A DNA stretch of 64,000 bases from Nitrospirota bacterium (GTDB lineage Bacteria; Nitrospirota; UBA9217), in assembly GCA_963749655.1 (NCBI GenBank), contig CAVVOB010000019.1:113643-177642 (forward strand), given 5' to 3'. Numbering within the stretch: the stretch's first letter is position 1; each line of letters starts with the position of its first letter. The notes beneath the pieces are model-generated. The model saw nothing but the letters and a program-made list of their open reading frames with translations. It did no database searches and was not told where the DNA came from. Shown in pieces: positions 9,235 through 17,653 of this stretch. The translations under genes and the position numbers were made by a program.

Positions 9235-10964
9235 TGACATCGATGATACGATCCCGGATGGGGCATCGGATGTACGGGGTTTTAATAATGATGACGGCGC
9301 TGCTCTGGGCATTGCCCCTCACCGCGGTCCCGGCGGAAAAAGGGCCGAATGCCGTTGCCGGACTGTCTCACGAAGAAGCCATGCGACTGGGGGCAATGAT
9401 GTATGTGCAGGGTATCCTGCCGTCGGGCGCGCCGATGCAGGGCATGGTGCAGGGCGACATCCCGGTCGATGGGTCGAAATTCACCTGCGCGAACTGCCAC
9501 CAGAGGAGCGGCTTCGGCAGCCTCGAAGGCACGATCAGAACGCCTCCGGTCGACGGGACGCGGCTCTACGCGCCCCTTTCGAAGTTCAAAGGCGTGCCCC
9601 TCTATGACCGGAGCAAGGCCGCGGCAACGGGAGCCATGGAGGTCTACCGCGAAGCCTACACCGATGAAACCCTTGCCCGAGTCATGCGGACCGGAGAAGA
9701 TCCTGCGGGAAAACAGATCTTCAATACCATGCCGAAATATTTTCTCGACGACCGCGACATGGCCATCCTGGTTTACTATCTCAAGAACCTGTCAACGGGA
9801 CTGGAGTCCGGCGTCACCGAAACGGAGCTCCGCTTCGCCACGGTCATCGCCGGTGAGGTGGCCGGGGAGGACCGCGAGGCCATGCTCGGACCGCTCAGGG
9901 CGTTCGTCAGCCGCTGGCGCATATCGCGAAACATGGAGCGCATGTCCAGACGGGACGCCTTTGTCCAGGAAGGCGAATCGCGGGGGTTGAGAAAGATAAC
10001 CCTGTCCGTTTGGGAACTGAAGGGACCTGTCGACACCTGGCGCGCCCAGTTGGAGGAACAATACCGGAAAGCGCCGGTCTTTGCGCTCCTGGGCGGCATC
10101 AGCAGCGGCGACTGGGAGCCGATCCACCGTTTCTGTGAAGACCGTAAAATACCCGCGATCTTCCCCGTCACCGACTTTCCCGTCATATCCGATACCGACT
10201 GGTATACGTTGTATCTTTCGAGAGGATTGTATCAGGAAGGCGAGACAGCGGCAAGATACCTCAACAGCAGCAGCGACGCTGCTCCGGACCGGTCCGTAGT
10301 CCAGGTCTTCCGCAAGGACCGGGCAGGCCTCGCTCTTGCCAAAGCATTCCGGGAAACATGGAAGGACCTCGGACGAAGTGCGGTCGAGGACTTCGCCGTG
10401 GAAAAGGATCAGCAGCTGACGCCCCGGTTCTGGGAAAATATCCTGGACCGGAAAAAACCTGCGTCAATCGTGCTGTGGCTGAACCCGTCGGACATCCCCG
10501 ATCTCGGACGTGTTGCGAAGCAGGGATCCCGGCCCGCCCTGATCATCCTCTCGTCCAGCCTTCTCAAAAAGGACCTGTATTCCCTGCCGGAAGAGGCGAG
10601 AGCTTTCGTCTATGTCACCTATCCCTATACCCTTCCCCGGGAGTCGCAGCCCTACAAGGCCTCGATCGAGACATCCCTGAAAATAAACAACATCCCCATG
10701 ACCAACCTGGATATCGAGTACAAGATGTTTTCGCTCTTCTCAACACTGACCGGACCCTTTACCATGCTGAGAAACTTCGTGTACCGCGACTATTTTCTCG
10801 AACTGATCGAATCAACGCCCGACCAGGCGTCCATGCCGGTCGTGTACCCGCGCCTGAGCTTCGGCGCAGGCCAGCGCTATGCATCAAAGGGCTGCTACAT
10901 TGTCCAGCTTTCGGAAGGCCGGAATCCCGAATTGATCAAGCGGAGCGACTGGGTCATTCATTGA
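9231..10964 (+). CDS. c-type cytochrome fused to a type I periplasmic-binding-protein-like domain
   Basis: Signal peptide, CANCH heme motif, MPKY distal Met, then a PBP1-like alpha/beta region. Confidence 0.8.
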   Translation: MMTSMIRSRMGHRMYGVLIMMTALLWALPLTAVPAEKGPNAVAGLSHEEAMRLGAMMYVQGILPSGAPMQGMVQGDIPVDGSKFTCANCHQRSGFGSLEGTIRTPPVDGTRLYAPLSKFKGVPLYDRSKAAATGAMEVYREAYTDETLARVMRTGEDPAGKQIFNTMPKYFLDDRDMAILVYYLKNLSTGLESGVTETELRFATVIAGEVAGEDREAMLGPLRAFVSRWRISRNMERMSRRDAFVQEGESRGLRKITLSVWELKGPVDTWRAQLEEQYRKAPVFALLGGISSGDWEPIHRFCEDRKIPAIFPVTDFPVISDTDWYTLYLSRGLYQEGETAARYLNSSSDAAPDRSVVQVFRKDRAGLALAKAFRETWKDLGRSAVEDFAVEKDQQLTPRFWENILDRKKPASIVLWLNPSDIPDLGRVAKQGSRPALIILSSSLLKKDLYSLPEEARAFVYVTYPYTLPRESQPYKASIETSLKINNIPMTNLDIEYKMFSLFSTLTGPFTMLRNFVYRDYFLELIESTPDQASMPVVYPRLSFGAGQRYASKGCYIVQLSEGRNPELIKRSDWVIH

Positions 10965-11030
10965 AATACTCAAGGGGACCAGGACGATAAACATGCCGGA
11001 TTACAGACAGTCTCAAATTAAAATTTTACA

Positions 11031-11065
11031 TTGACATCGTCTTTCCTTGCCACTATGATGGCGTC
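11031..11065 (+). promoter_or_regulatory. Sigma70 promoter positioned for a leaderless mRNA
   Basis: TTGACA-17bp-TATGAT-6bp-ATG 11066; no SD sequence. Confidence 0.7.
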
Positions 11066-11350
11066 ATGAAATGGCAGGCTGTCATTGTTCTCCTGGCAAT
11101 CGCCCTTACCGTACTTGCCCCCCCTGCGCTGCCGCTGATGATCGTCCATGACGGACATTCGCAGATCGGCGTCCTGGATGTCTGCCATTCGGCGGCGCCC
11201 GCGCTTTCAGCGTCCGGTGAAATGCCCTGCCTGAACAGCTTTCCCCTCGATCAGCAGCCGAAGCCTTTCATAACCTACTCAATTCAGCACAAACCTCTCT
11301 TTTCGCAGTACCTCTCTACCTTCGACACCGAGCAACCGCCCCAGTCCTAG
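11066..11350 (+). CDS. Small exported protein, DUF2946-like leader peptide candidate
   Basis: Hydrophobic N-terminus, LDVCH...MPC, C-terminal EQPPQS. Confidence 0.6.
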   Translation: MKWQAVIVLLAIALTVLAPPALPLMIVHDGHSQIGVLDVCHSAAPALSASGEMPCLNSFPLDQQPKPFITYSIQHKPLFSQYLSTFDTEQPPQS

Positions 11351-11624
11351 CCTCACAATTCCTATTTCCGTAGCAAGAACCTGAGCGTATCACGTTCCTT
11401 TTTCGCGCGCCGCCCGAAGATCGCCGCGCGGCCAAAGGATGTTTCTCCCCCGTTCTACAGCTCGGCTCTGCGACGGAGATGTCCCTCATCTTCGTGACAC
11501 ACGATATTTCCGAAGCAGGGCCAATCTTCTTCTTATTGATTGTTCATGGACAGTATTCATGGAGCTTTACCGGGATCAAGCAATCCCTTCACCATACTTC
11601 AACATCTCAGGAGGATCACCTGTC

Positions 11625-12425
11625 ATGGAAACGAAGAATAAGCTCGAATCGCCGTTCTCACGCAGAAATTTTCTGAAAGCCGGCGCGATTGCCGTCGGCG
11701 CGGCAGGCATGACCGCGGCCGTGCCGGGGTTCGTAACCCCTGCGGCGGCCCTGGGCGGCGCCACTGAGAAGTGGCCCTGGCCCTATGTGAAACTCGACCC
11801 CGACAAAACCGCGGAAATAGCCTACAACGAATGGTACCGCGTGTTCTGCGGCGCTGCGGTCATCAACAGTGTCTTCAGCCAGCTCCGGGAAAAGGTCGGC
11901 GAACCCTACAAGTCCTTCCCGATCGATTCCTTCGTGTTCCTCGAAGGCGGAATGGCGGGATGGGGCACGGTCTGCGGCTCCAACGCTGGCGCCAATATCG
12001 TCAGCAATGTGATCATCGGCCCCCGTATCGCCGGGCCGGAATGCGAGCATGGCCACACTATCGGCTCCGAAATGATGCAGTGGTATTCTGAAACGCCGCT
12101 TCCGACCTTTAATCCCAAGGAACCGAAACAGAAGACCGCGATCATGCAGACGAAAAGCGAATCGCCTCTTTGCCATGTGTCGGTCGGCAAGTGGATGAAG
12201 GCCTCAGGCTTCGCCCTTGCCAGCCCGGAGAGGAAGGACCGCTGCGCCCGCGTGGCCGCAAGCGTTGCCTATAAGCTCGTCCAGGATCTGAACGCATGGA
12301 AGGACGGCAAATATACCTCCAAAGCGAACTGGACCCCGGGCAAGAGCGTCGGGATCACGGCGCAGCAGAACTGCACCGAATGCCACGGCACGAACGTACC
12401 TTCGGCGCCTACCGCGAAGAAATGA
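11625..12425 (+). CDS. Tat-exported split-Soret cytochrome c / C-GCAxxG-C-C family protein
   Basis: SRRNFLK Tat motif; WPWPYVKLDP, GGMAGWGTVCG, SPLCHVSVGKW, ERKDRCAR, C-terminal CTECH; AGGAGG RBS. Confidence 0.85.
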   Translation: METKNKLESPFSRRNFLKAGAIAVGAAGMTAAVPGFVTPAAALGGATEKWPWPYVKLDPDKTAEIAYNEWYRVFCGAAVINSVFSQLREKVGEPYKSFPIDSFVFLEGGMAGWGTVCGSNAGANIVSNVIIGPRIAGPECEHGHTIGSEMMQWYSETPLPTFNPKEPKQKTAIMQTKSESPLCHVSVGKWMKASGFALASPERKDRCARVAASVAYKLVQDLNAWKDGKYTSKANWTPGKSVGITAQQNCTECHGTNVPSAPTAKK

Positions 12426-12453
12426 TCGAAATAAATTGACCTGCAGCGTTCCG

Positions 12454-12481
12454 GCGGCCGGCCCTGCCAAGGGCCGGCCGC
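12454..12481 (+). terminator. GC-rich intergenic hairpin
   Basis: GCGGCCGGCCC-tgccaa-GGGCCGGCCGC; no U tract, so it may be a stabilising stem rather than a terminator. Confidence 0.45.
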
Positions 12482-12528
12482 ACAGGAAACCGGGGTCGGA
12501 ATAAATTCAACTTAAAGGGGAGTACAAC

Positions 12529-14221
12529 ATGAAAATCCGGCATTCAGCAGCATCGATTCTCTTTCTCATCGCAACGTTGATCGTTTCAGCATGCGGCAGC
12601 TCGAGCAGCAGCAACACCACCCCGTCGACGACCACGACGATTACCGGATCCGTGTACGCGGCTTCGGTTTCCGGCGCTTCGGTCGTTGTGAAGACCGCGA
12701 CCGGAGCCTCGGTTGCAGGTCCGGTCACCACGTCGGGAAACGGCTCCTATACGGTAAACGTCCCGTCCGATGCCCTCGCCTCTGACCTCCGCATTGAATC
12801 AGTGTCCGGCTCCTACGCCGATGAAGCAACGGGCTCGAACACAACGGCCGGGACCCTTGCAGCGTATGTGACCGGCGGGACCCTGACCACCGGCGTGGTG
12901 AATCTCGATCCTTCATCGACGATCATTCATGCGCTCGTGACCCAGTACGGCATGTCCGCGGCAGACGCGACAGCCGCTTTTGCCGCTGCCTTCGGCTACA
13001 CACCGGACACGTCCGTTGCGCCGAAGAATGCCGCCACGGACGGCTCCGATGACGCGGCCCAGCGCCTTGCCGGCCTGCATGCAGGGGTCTTCAGCCAGCT
13101 GACCGCATCCCTCGGCCTGACGCCCGACAAACAGTTCGATCTTCTCGCGGCGCTCGCACAGGACCTCAATGACGGCGCGCTGGATGGGAAAAATGGTGCG
13201 AACGTCATATCGATCGGAACAGGCACGTTGCCCGAGGATATCGGGAACGAATTCGAGAATGCGCTCGTGAGCTTCATGTCGAACACTTACTGCAATCTGA
13301 CCGGCCTCGCGGAAGATGAGATCGGGACCCTGCCCTTTTCCAAGGTCGCATTGACGGACACCTACCGTATCGAGTATGTTCAGGTAGGGATGATGGGCCC
13401 GACGCAGGGAAAAACGGAATTCAAGCTGTCGATCACGAACCGGGCGACGGGATCCCCGGTCCCGGGCTGAACCCCGCGCTGATGCCCGTCATGCATATGG
13501 TCGGTATGGACCACTCGACTCCCGTGGATTCGATCACCGACAATGGGGACGGCACCTATACCTGCATTGTGTACTATCTTATGTCTTCCGTCATGAGCGG
13601 CAAGTCCAAAGGATATTGGGAGCTGGAGGTCGAAAGGCCGCAGGAGGAGAAACAGCCACATTCTATCCGAACGTCGGGATGAACATGACGATCTCCGGAG
13701 ATGTAAGGTGTCGCTCACGAGCCAGGGTGCCGATCTGGTCAGCGGTATGTCAGGAACGTCGAAACGCAGCTACACTCTGTTCAATGACGGTCTGACCAGC
13801 GGAATGACCGGAACCGGAACGTTGAACCTCTTCATCGCAGCGTTGGACTACACGGACATGATGGCCATGGCGACCTTCCCTGCCCTGTCATCAGTATCGA
13901 CGACAACACTGCATTACTATGACGGCGCCATGAGCATGTACGCCCCCCATGCGGCGACTCCCGTGACCGTTGAAGGCTGCCTGAGCGTTGTCGATTGCGC
14001 CAATGCGGCAAATTGGACCGCGGCGACCAACAGCTCAGGCGGACACTGGTCCATTGATTTTACCTCGGGCATCGCGTCCGGCATGACGAACACGATCTAT
14101 GTCCGTCTCCTCGTGGGTAAGGACGGAAGCGCAGAGGAGCTGAAAACATGCGAACGGTATGACCTATGACGGCACTAACGGCTACCAGACCATAATAACC
14201 ACGCCCGGTTCATCCATGTAA
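12529..14221 (+). CDS. Met-rich lipoprotein with a YtkA/FixH-like Ig domain (several frameshifts)
   Basis: Lipobox VSAC; ORFs 12529-13470, 13482-13682 and 13708-14169 read as one protein; MPVMHMVGMDHSTP...DNGDGTY. Confidence 0.65.
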
Positions 14222-15234
14222 ATGAGAACTATGTGCATGAATATTCTTCGTTCAATTATCATGACGGCGGCCCTCCTCGCGGGGGCCGCCTGCTTCTTTG
14301 TTCCCGATGCACGGGCCGGGTCCTGCTGCGGCGGGGGCTCGGCGGTGACCCTTGTACTCCCAAAAGGAGCCCAATCCATGATCGATATGTCGTTCGATCT
14401 GGAAAAATATGACGGCTACTGGACCCGAAACATGGAATACCATCATGATGGCGCTGGAACGGATATGCGTCAATACCGTCTGAATCTCGGTTACGCTGTC
14501 CGGCTTGCGGAACGCTGGCAGTTGAGCGCTTCTATCCCCTATGTATGGAATGCCAACAAATATCCGAACGGGATCACCTCACGGGTAGACGGCCTGGGCG
14601 ACTCGGCATTCAGCGTCTGGTATGAAGCCTTCGACTCCCCAATGTGCAGGCTTGGATGGAGTGACCTCGAACTTAGAGACCTGGTCCCTGCTGCCACGTT
14701 CGGCCTTTCACTTACTGTACCGACCGGCATATCTCCCTATGACGGCGTAAAAAGCGACGACATCACCGGCAGGGGCTTTTACCGTCTTGATGGTAACGTA
14801 CTCCTCGACAAGACCATTTACCCCTTGAACATGTCCTTGTTTCTGAGCTATGGGAAATACTTGGAGCGATCGGTTAACCGTGAAGACAAATATGTTGATC
14901 CCTATCATAAGCGATTGGGAGACAGGAAGGTCGGCACGTTATGGATTAGTTATCAGACCCTCATAGACATTTCTGAAACACGGAACCATTTGACCTATAC
15001 AGCCGCTGTCTCAGAAATATGGGAGGACGACGGGACAAAGAACGGGGAACGAATATACAAGCTGCACCCGGCTTGAAAAAAACTTCCGTCGCAGGCACGA
15101 TTGCCTGGGCAACGCTGGCACGGACCTGGACCGTAAAAACGACCTGGAACCATTCGATCAAGCTTGATGGCTTGGGAAGCGAAACCGTTGCGTCGGACAT
15201 CTATTCTCTGGGGGTGACCCGTGTTTTCTATTAG
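14222..15234 (+). CDS. Outer-membrane beta-barrel transporter-like protein (frameshift near 15050)
   Basis: Signal peptide, GSCCGGG, GLGD, LTVPTG, C-terminal aromatic strand GVTRVFY. Confidence 0.7.
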
Positions 15235-15772
15235 ATTTTTTCTGGTTCTCACCCTGTTTATATTAACAAGTTGCGGGGGCATGCAAAACGATCTTTTCCC
15301 GTCAGGAACAAACAAGGTGCCGCCGGCACCGACGACCCCTACCACTATCGGTTCGTCGGTTGGCGAGTTCGCTCCTGACTTCACCCTGTCCGACACTCTC
15401 AACAACTCGATCACGCTGTCCTCGGTCTTTCCGAATTACCGCGGCGTGGTCATGTACTTTACCATGTGGTGTCCGACTTGCGCGAGCCACATGGGCTACC
15501 TCAGGGACAATGTAATCCCTGCGAACCCCGATATCGTCTTCTATGCGGTTGATTACGTGTCCGCAACCGTTGCCGAGTCTGCAAACACTGCAAGCTCCGA
15601 TGGCTGGGTTGGTACGGGCTTTATTGTCCTCGCTGACACCGTGCAGACAGTCTACAAATCTTATGACGCCACCATGGCCACCACAGTCGTGATCGACAGG
15701 AACGGCGTCATTCAGATGAACGAACAGTTCAAAACGGACAAGCTCCTGAGCGTTCTAGGGGCTCTTCAATAG
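15221..15772 (+). CDS. TlpA/AhpC-family redoxin lipoprotein
   Basis: Lipobox LTSC, APDFTL, WCPTC, VIDRNG. Confidence 0.85.
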   Translation: MFSIRFFLVLTLFILTSCGGMQNDLFPSGTNKVPPAPTTPTTIGSSVGEFAPDFTLSDTLNNSITLSSVFPNYRGVVMYFTMWCPTCASHMGYLRDNVIPANPDIVFYAVDYVSATVAESANTASSDGWVGTGFIVLADTVQTVYKSYDATMATTVVIDRNGVIQMNEQFKTDKLLSVLGALQ

Positions 15773-15785
15773 CAAGAAAACAGCA

Positions 15786-15818
15786 AAGACCGCACAAGAA
15801 ACTGTGCGGTCTTTAAAA
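15786..15818. terminator. Bidirectional intrinsic terminator
   Basis: AAAGACCGCACA-agaaac-TGTGCGGTCTTT between convergent genes. Confidence 0.8.
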
Positions 15819-15843
15819 AAGAAATTCTACCCGGGCGGCAGTT

Positions 15844-16326
15844 CTATTTTATCTTCCTGGCCGATTCGATGAAGTCCCTTGTCATCTTCTGGACCTCCGG
15901 CAGCACCGTCTGGATGCGGGTCTGCATCATGGTCATGATCTTCCCCATCATGACCGGCTCCTTGTTGAGGATACTCTGGCCGACAGGCAGTTTGTAAAAA
16001 TCGAGAATGGCCTTGAGCTCGTCTTCCGTGTAGACGTTCACGAGGAACCCGACATACTCCGATTCCATCTTTTCCCAGTTGATGCTGTCGGTGACCTTCT
16101 TTCTTATTTTATTCTGGAACTCGACGGCTTCCGGCTGCCGCTCCTTCGGCAGGTCCAGCGTCTTGATCTGGGCGGATTGCATCTGCTGGACCTGGACAAC
16201 CACCTGGTCCGTCATCTTCCGCACATCGGTGAGCTTGACCACTTCCTTTGCAAGTTCCTCTTTAGTCGCTGCCTGGGCGATCCAGGGCAGGGCGATCAGG
16301 GCCAGAACAACAATAATCTTCTTCAT
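15844..16326 (-). CDS. DUF2059 domain exported protein
   Basis: MKKIIVV signal peptide; YTEDELKAILDFYKLPVGQ; AAGGAG RBS. Confidence 0.85.
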   Translation of the reverse strand: MKKIIVVLALIALPWIAQAATKEELAKEVVKLTDVRKMTDQVVVQVQQMQSAQIKTLDLPKERQPEAVEFQNKIRKKVTDSINWEKMESEYVGFLVNVYTEDELKAILDFYKLPVGQSILNKEPVMMGKIMTMMQTRIQTVLPEVQKMTRDFIESARKIK

Positions 16327-16443
16327 GGGAACTCCTTTTTGAGGGAATCGACTAAGGCCGGACGGCCGTTGTATGGATTCAACTATATCACAACCGGATA
16401 GGCCTTTCCATCCCGGCGCAATAACGGTTCCCGGGAATATATA

Positions 16444-16478
16444 TTGACACAATTGCGTGCAGCAATTATCATGCAGTC
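16444..16478 (+). promoter_or_regulatory. Sigma70 promoter positioned for a leaderless mRNA
   Basis: TTGACA-17bp-TATCAT-6bp-ATG 16479. Confidence 0.65.
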
Positions 16479-16928
16479 ATGGTAAAGAGAGGTTCATTCC
16501 AGCCGTTGTTCATCATCACAGCCGCCCTGTTTCTGCTCGTTCAGACCTATTCCTGCACTCAGACGTCCTATCCGGCTGCCCCGCAGAACGGAACGGACAT
16601 CGTGATAGACACGGCTAGCCTGGAGCCTGACATGCCGAAATTCTACAGTTATCATTACCAGGACAAGAGCATCAGTTATTTCGCACTCAAGCTGGACGGC
16701 AAAGTGCTCGCCTTTCTCGACGGCTGCGCGAGCTGCTATGCTCACAAAAAGGGCTACCGGTTCAGCGAGGGCGAAGTCGTCTGCAAATACTGCAATATCA
16801 GGTTCCCGATCTATAAATTGGAAAAGGGACTGGGCAACTGCTATCCTATCAAAATAGAAGGCAGGATGAAAAACGGCAGGTATGTTATTCCCGTCGCGCT
16901 GATCGAAGCTGAAGCGGCAAGATTCTGA
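16479..16928 (+). CDS. DUF2318 / FtrD-like membrane Fe-S protein
   Basis: DGCASC...KGY...VVCKYC...GNCYP Cys pattern. Confidence 0.85.
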   Translation: MVKRGSFQPLFIITAALFLLVQTYSCTQTSYPAAPQNGTDIVIDTASLEPDMPKFYSYHYQDKSISYFALKLDGKVLAFLDGCASCYAHKKGYRFSEGEVVCKYCNIRFPIYKLEKGLGNCYPIKIEGRMKNGRYVIPVALIEAEAARF

Positions 16929-16969
16929 ATTGTCTGACAAGGCAGGAGGCCGCCTAAACAGTGTATTTC

Positions 16970-17005
16970 TGCTCTCTGGCGGACCCGCAGGCCCGCCAGA
17001 GAGCA
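16970..17005. terminator. Inverted repeat between convergent genes
   Basis: TGCTCTCTGGCGG...CCGCCAGAGAGCA. Confidence 0.6.
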
Positions 17006-17112
17006 TTCCATCCAGGTTGCCGAAAAAAACACATTGGAGAAGGAGAGAGCGTCCGGTTTCTGCTGATATTCTTTCGCTCCCGCCGAGCACCAATACTGTT
17101 CCATCTTTCCTG

Positions 17113-17610
17113 TTACTGAATGACCACTCTTAATGTTGCACTGACTCCCGTGATCATTACTCCCGAAACATCCACCGCCTGAAAATTCTCCAGACTGAAG
17201 TCCCCTTCTGCCGGCGAACCCAAGTCAACGATACACGCCACGGTAGCAAACTCACCCACGCCGAATCCGGCCGCGGCGCTGCCGGCGAGAGCGATCGACA
17301 CCTTCGCTTTCGTCGTCGTGGTTGCAGGCGTGTAGAGTGAAATGACCGTGGCCTGGCCTGCGGCAACGCCCGACGAAGCCACCACAGAGCCGTCCACGTT
17401 GCCTGCTGCATCGGTTTTGACCGTAACGCCAGGAGGCAAAACAACGGTTACACCCAATCCGCCCATGTTCGTTGAAGTCCCCTGGGTGCCTAGGGTGAGC
17501 ACGGCGGATGTTGGATTGGAGGGGGATTGATTGTTCTTGCCGCCTCCACCGCCGCAGGAGTACACCAGGGATAGTGATACCAGAAGCACTGCTAAGATCG
17601 TTGTTTTCAT
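17113..17610 (-). CDS. Lipoprotein with cohesin-like beta-sandwich
   Basis: Lipobox VYSC-GGGGG; GGLGVTVVLPPGVTV...GFGVGEFATV...FQAVDVSG resembles the cohesin strand pattern; next to a dockerin gene. Confidence 0.6.
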   Translation of the reverse strand: MKTTILAVLLVSLSLVYSCGGGGGKNNQSPSNPTSAVLTLGTQGTSTNMGGLGVTVVLPPGVTVKTDAAGNVDGSVVASSGVAAGQATVISLYTPATTTTKAKVSIALAGSAAAGFGVGEFATVACIVDLGSPAEGDFSLENFQAVDVSGVMITGVSATLRVVIQ

Positions 17611-17653
17611 AATAGTGGATCTCCTTGACATATCGGTCGTATTGGAAGTTGCC

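Noticed and set aside
11625-12425. Selenoprotein form of the C-GCAxxG-C-C family
   Set aside because: There is no in-frame TGA at the Cys positions.
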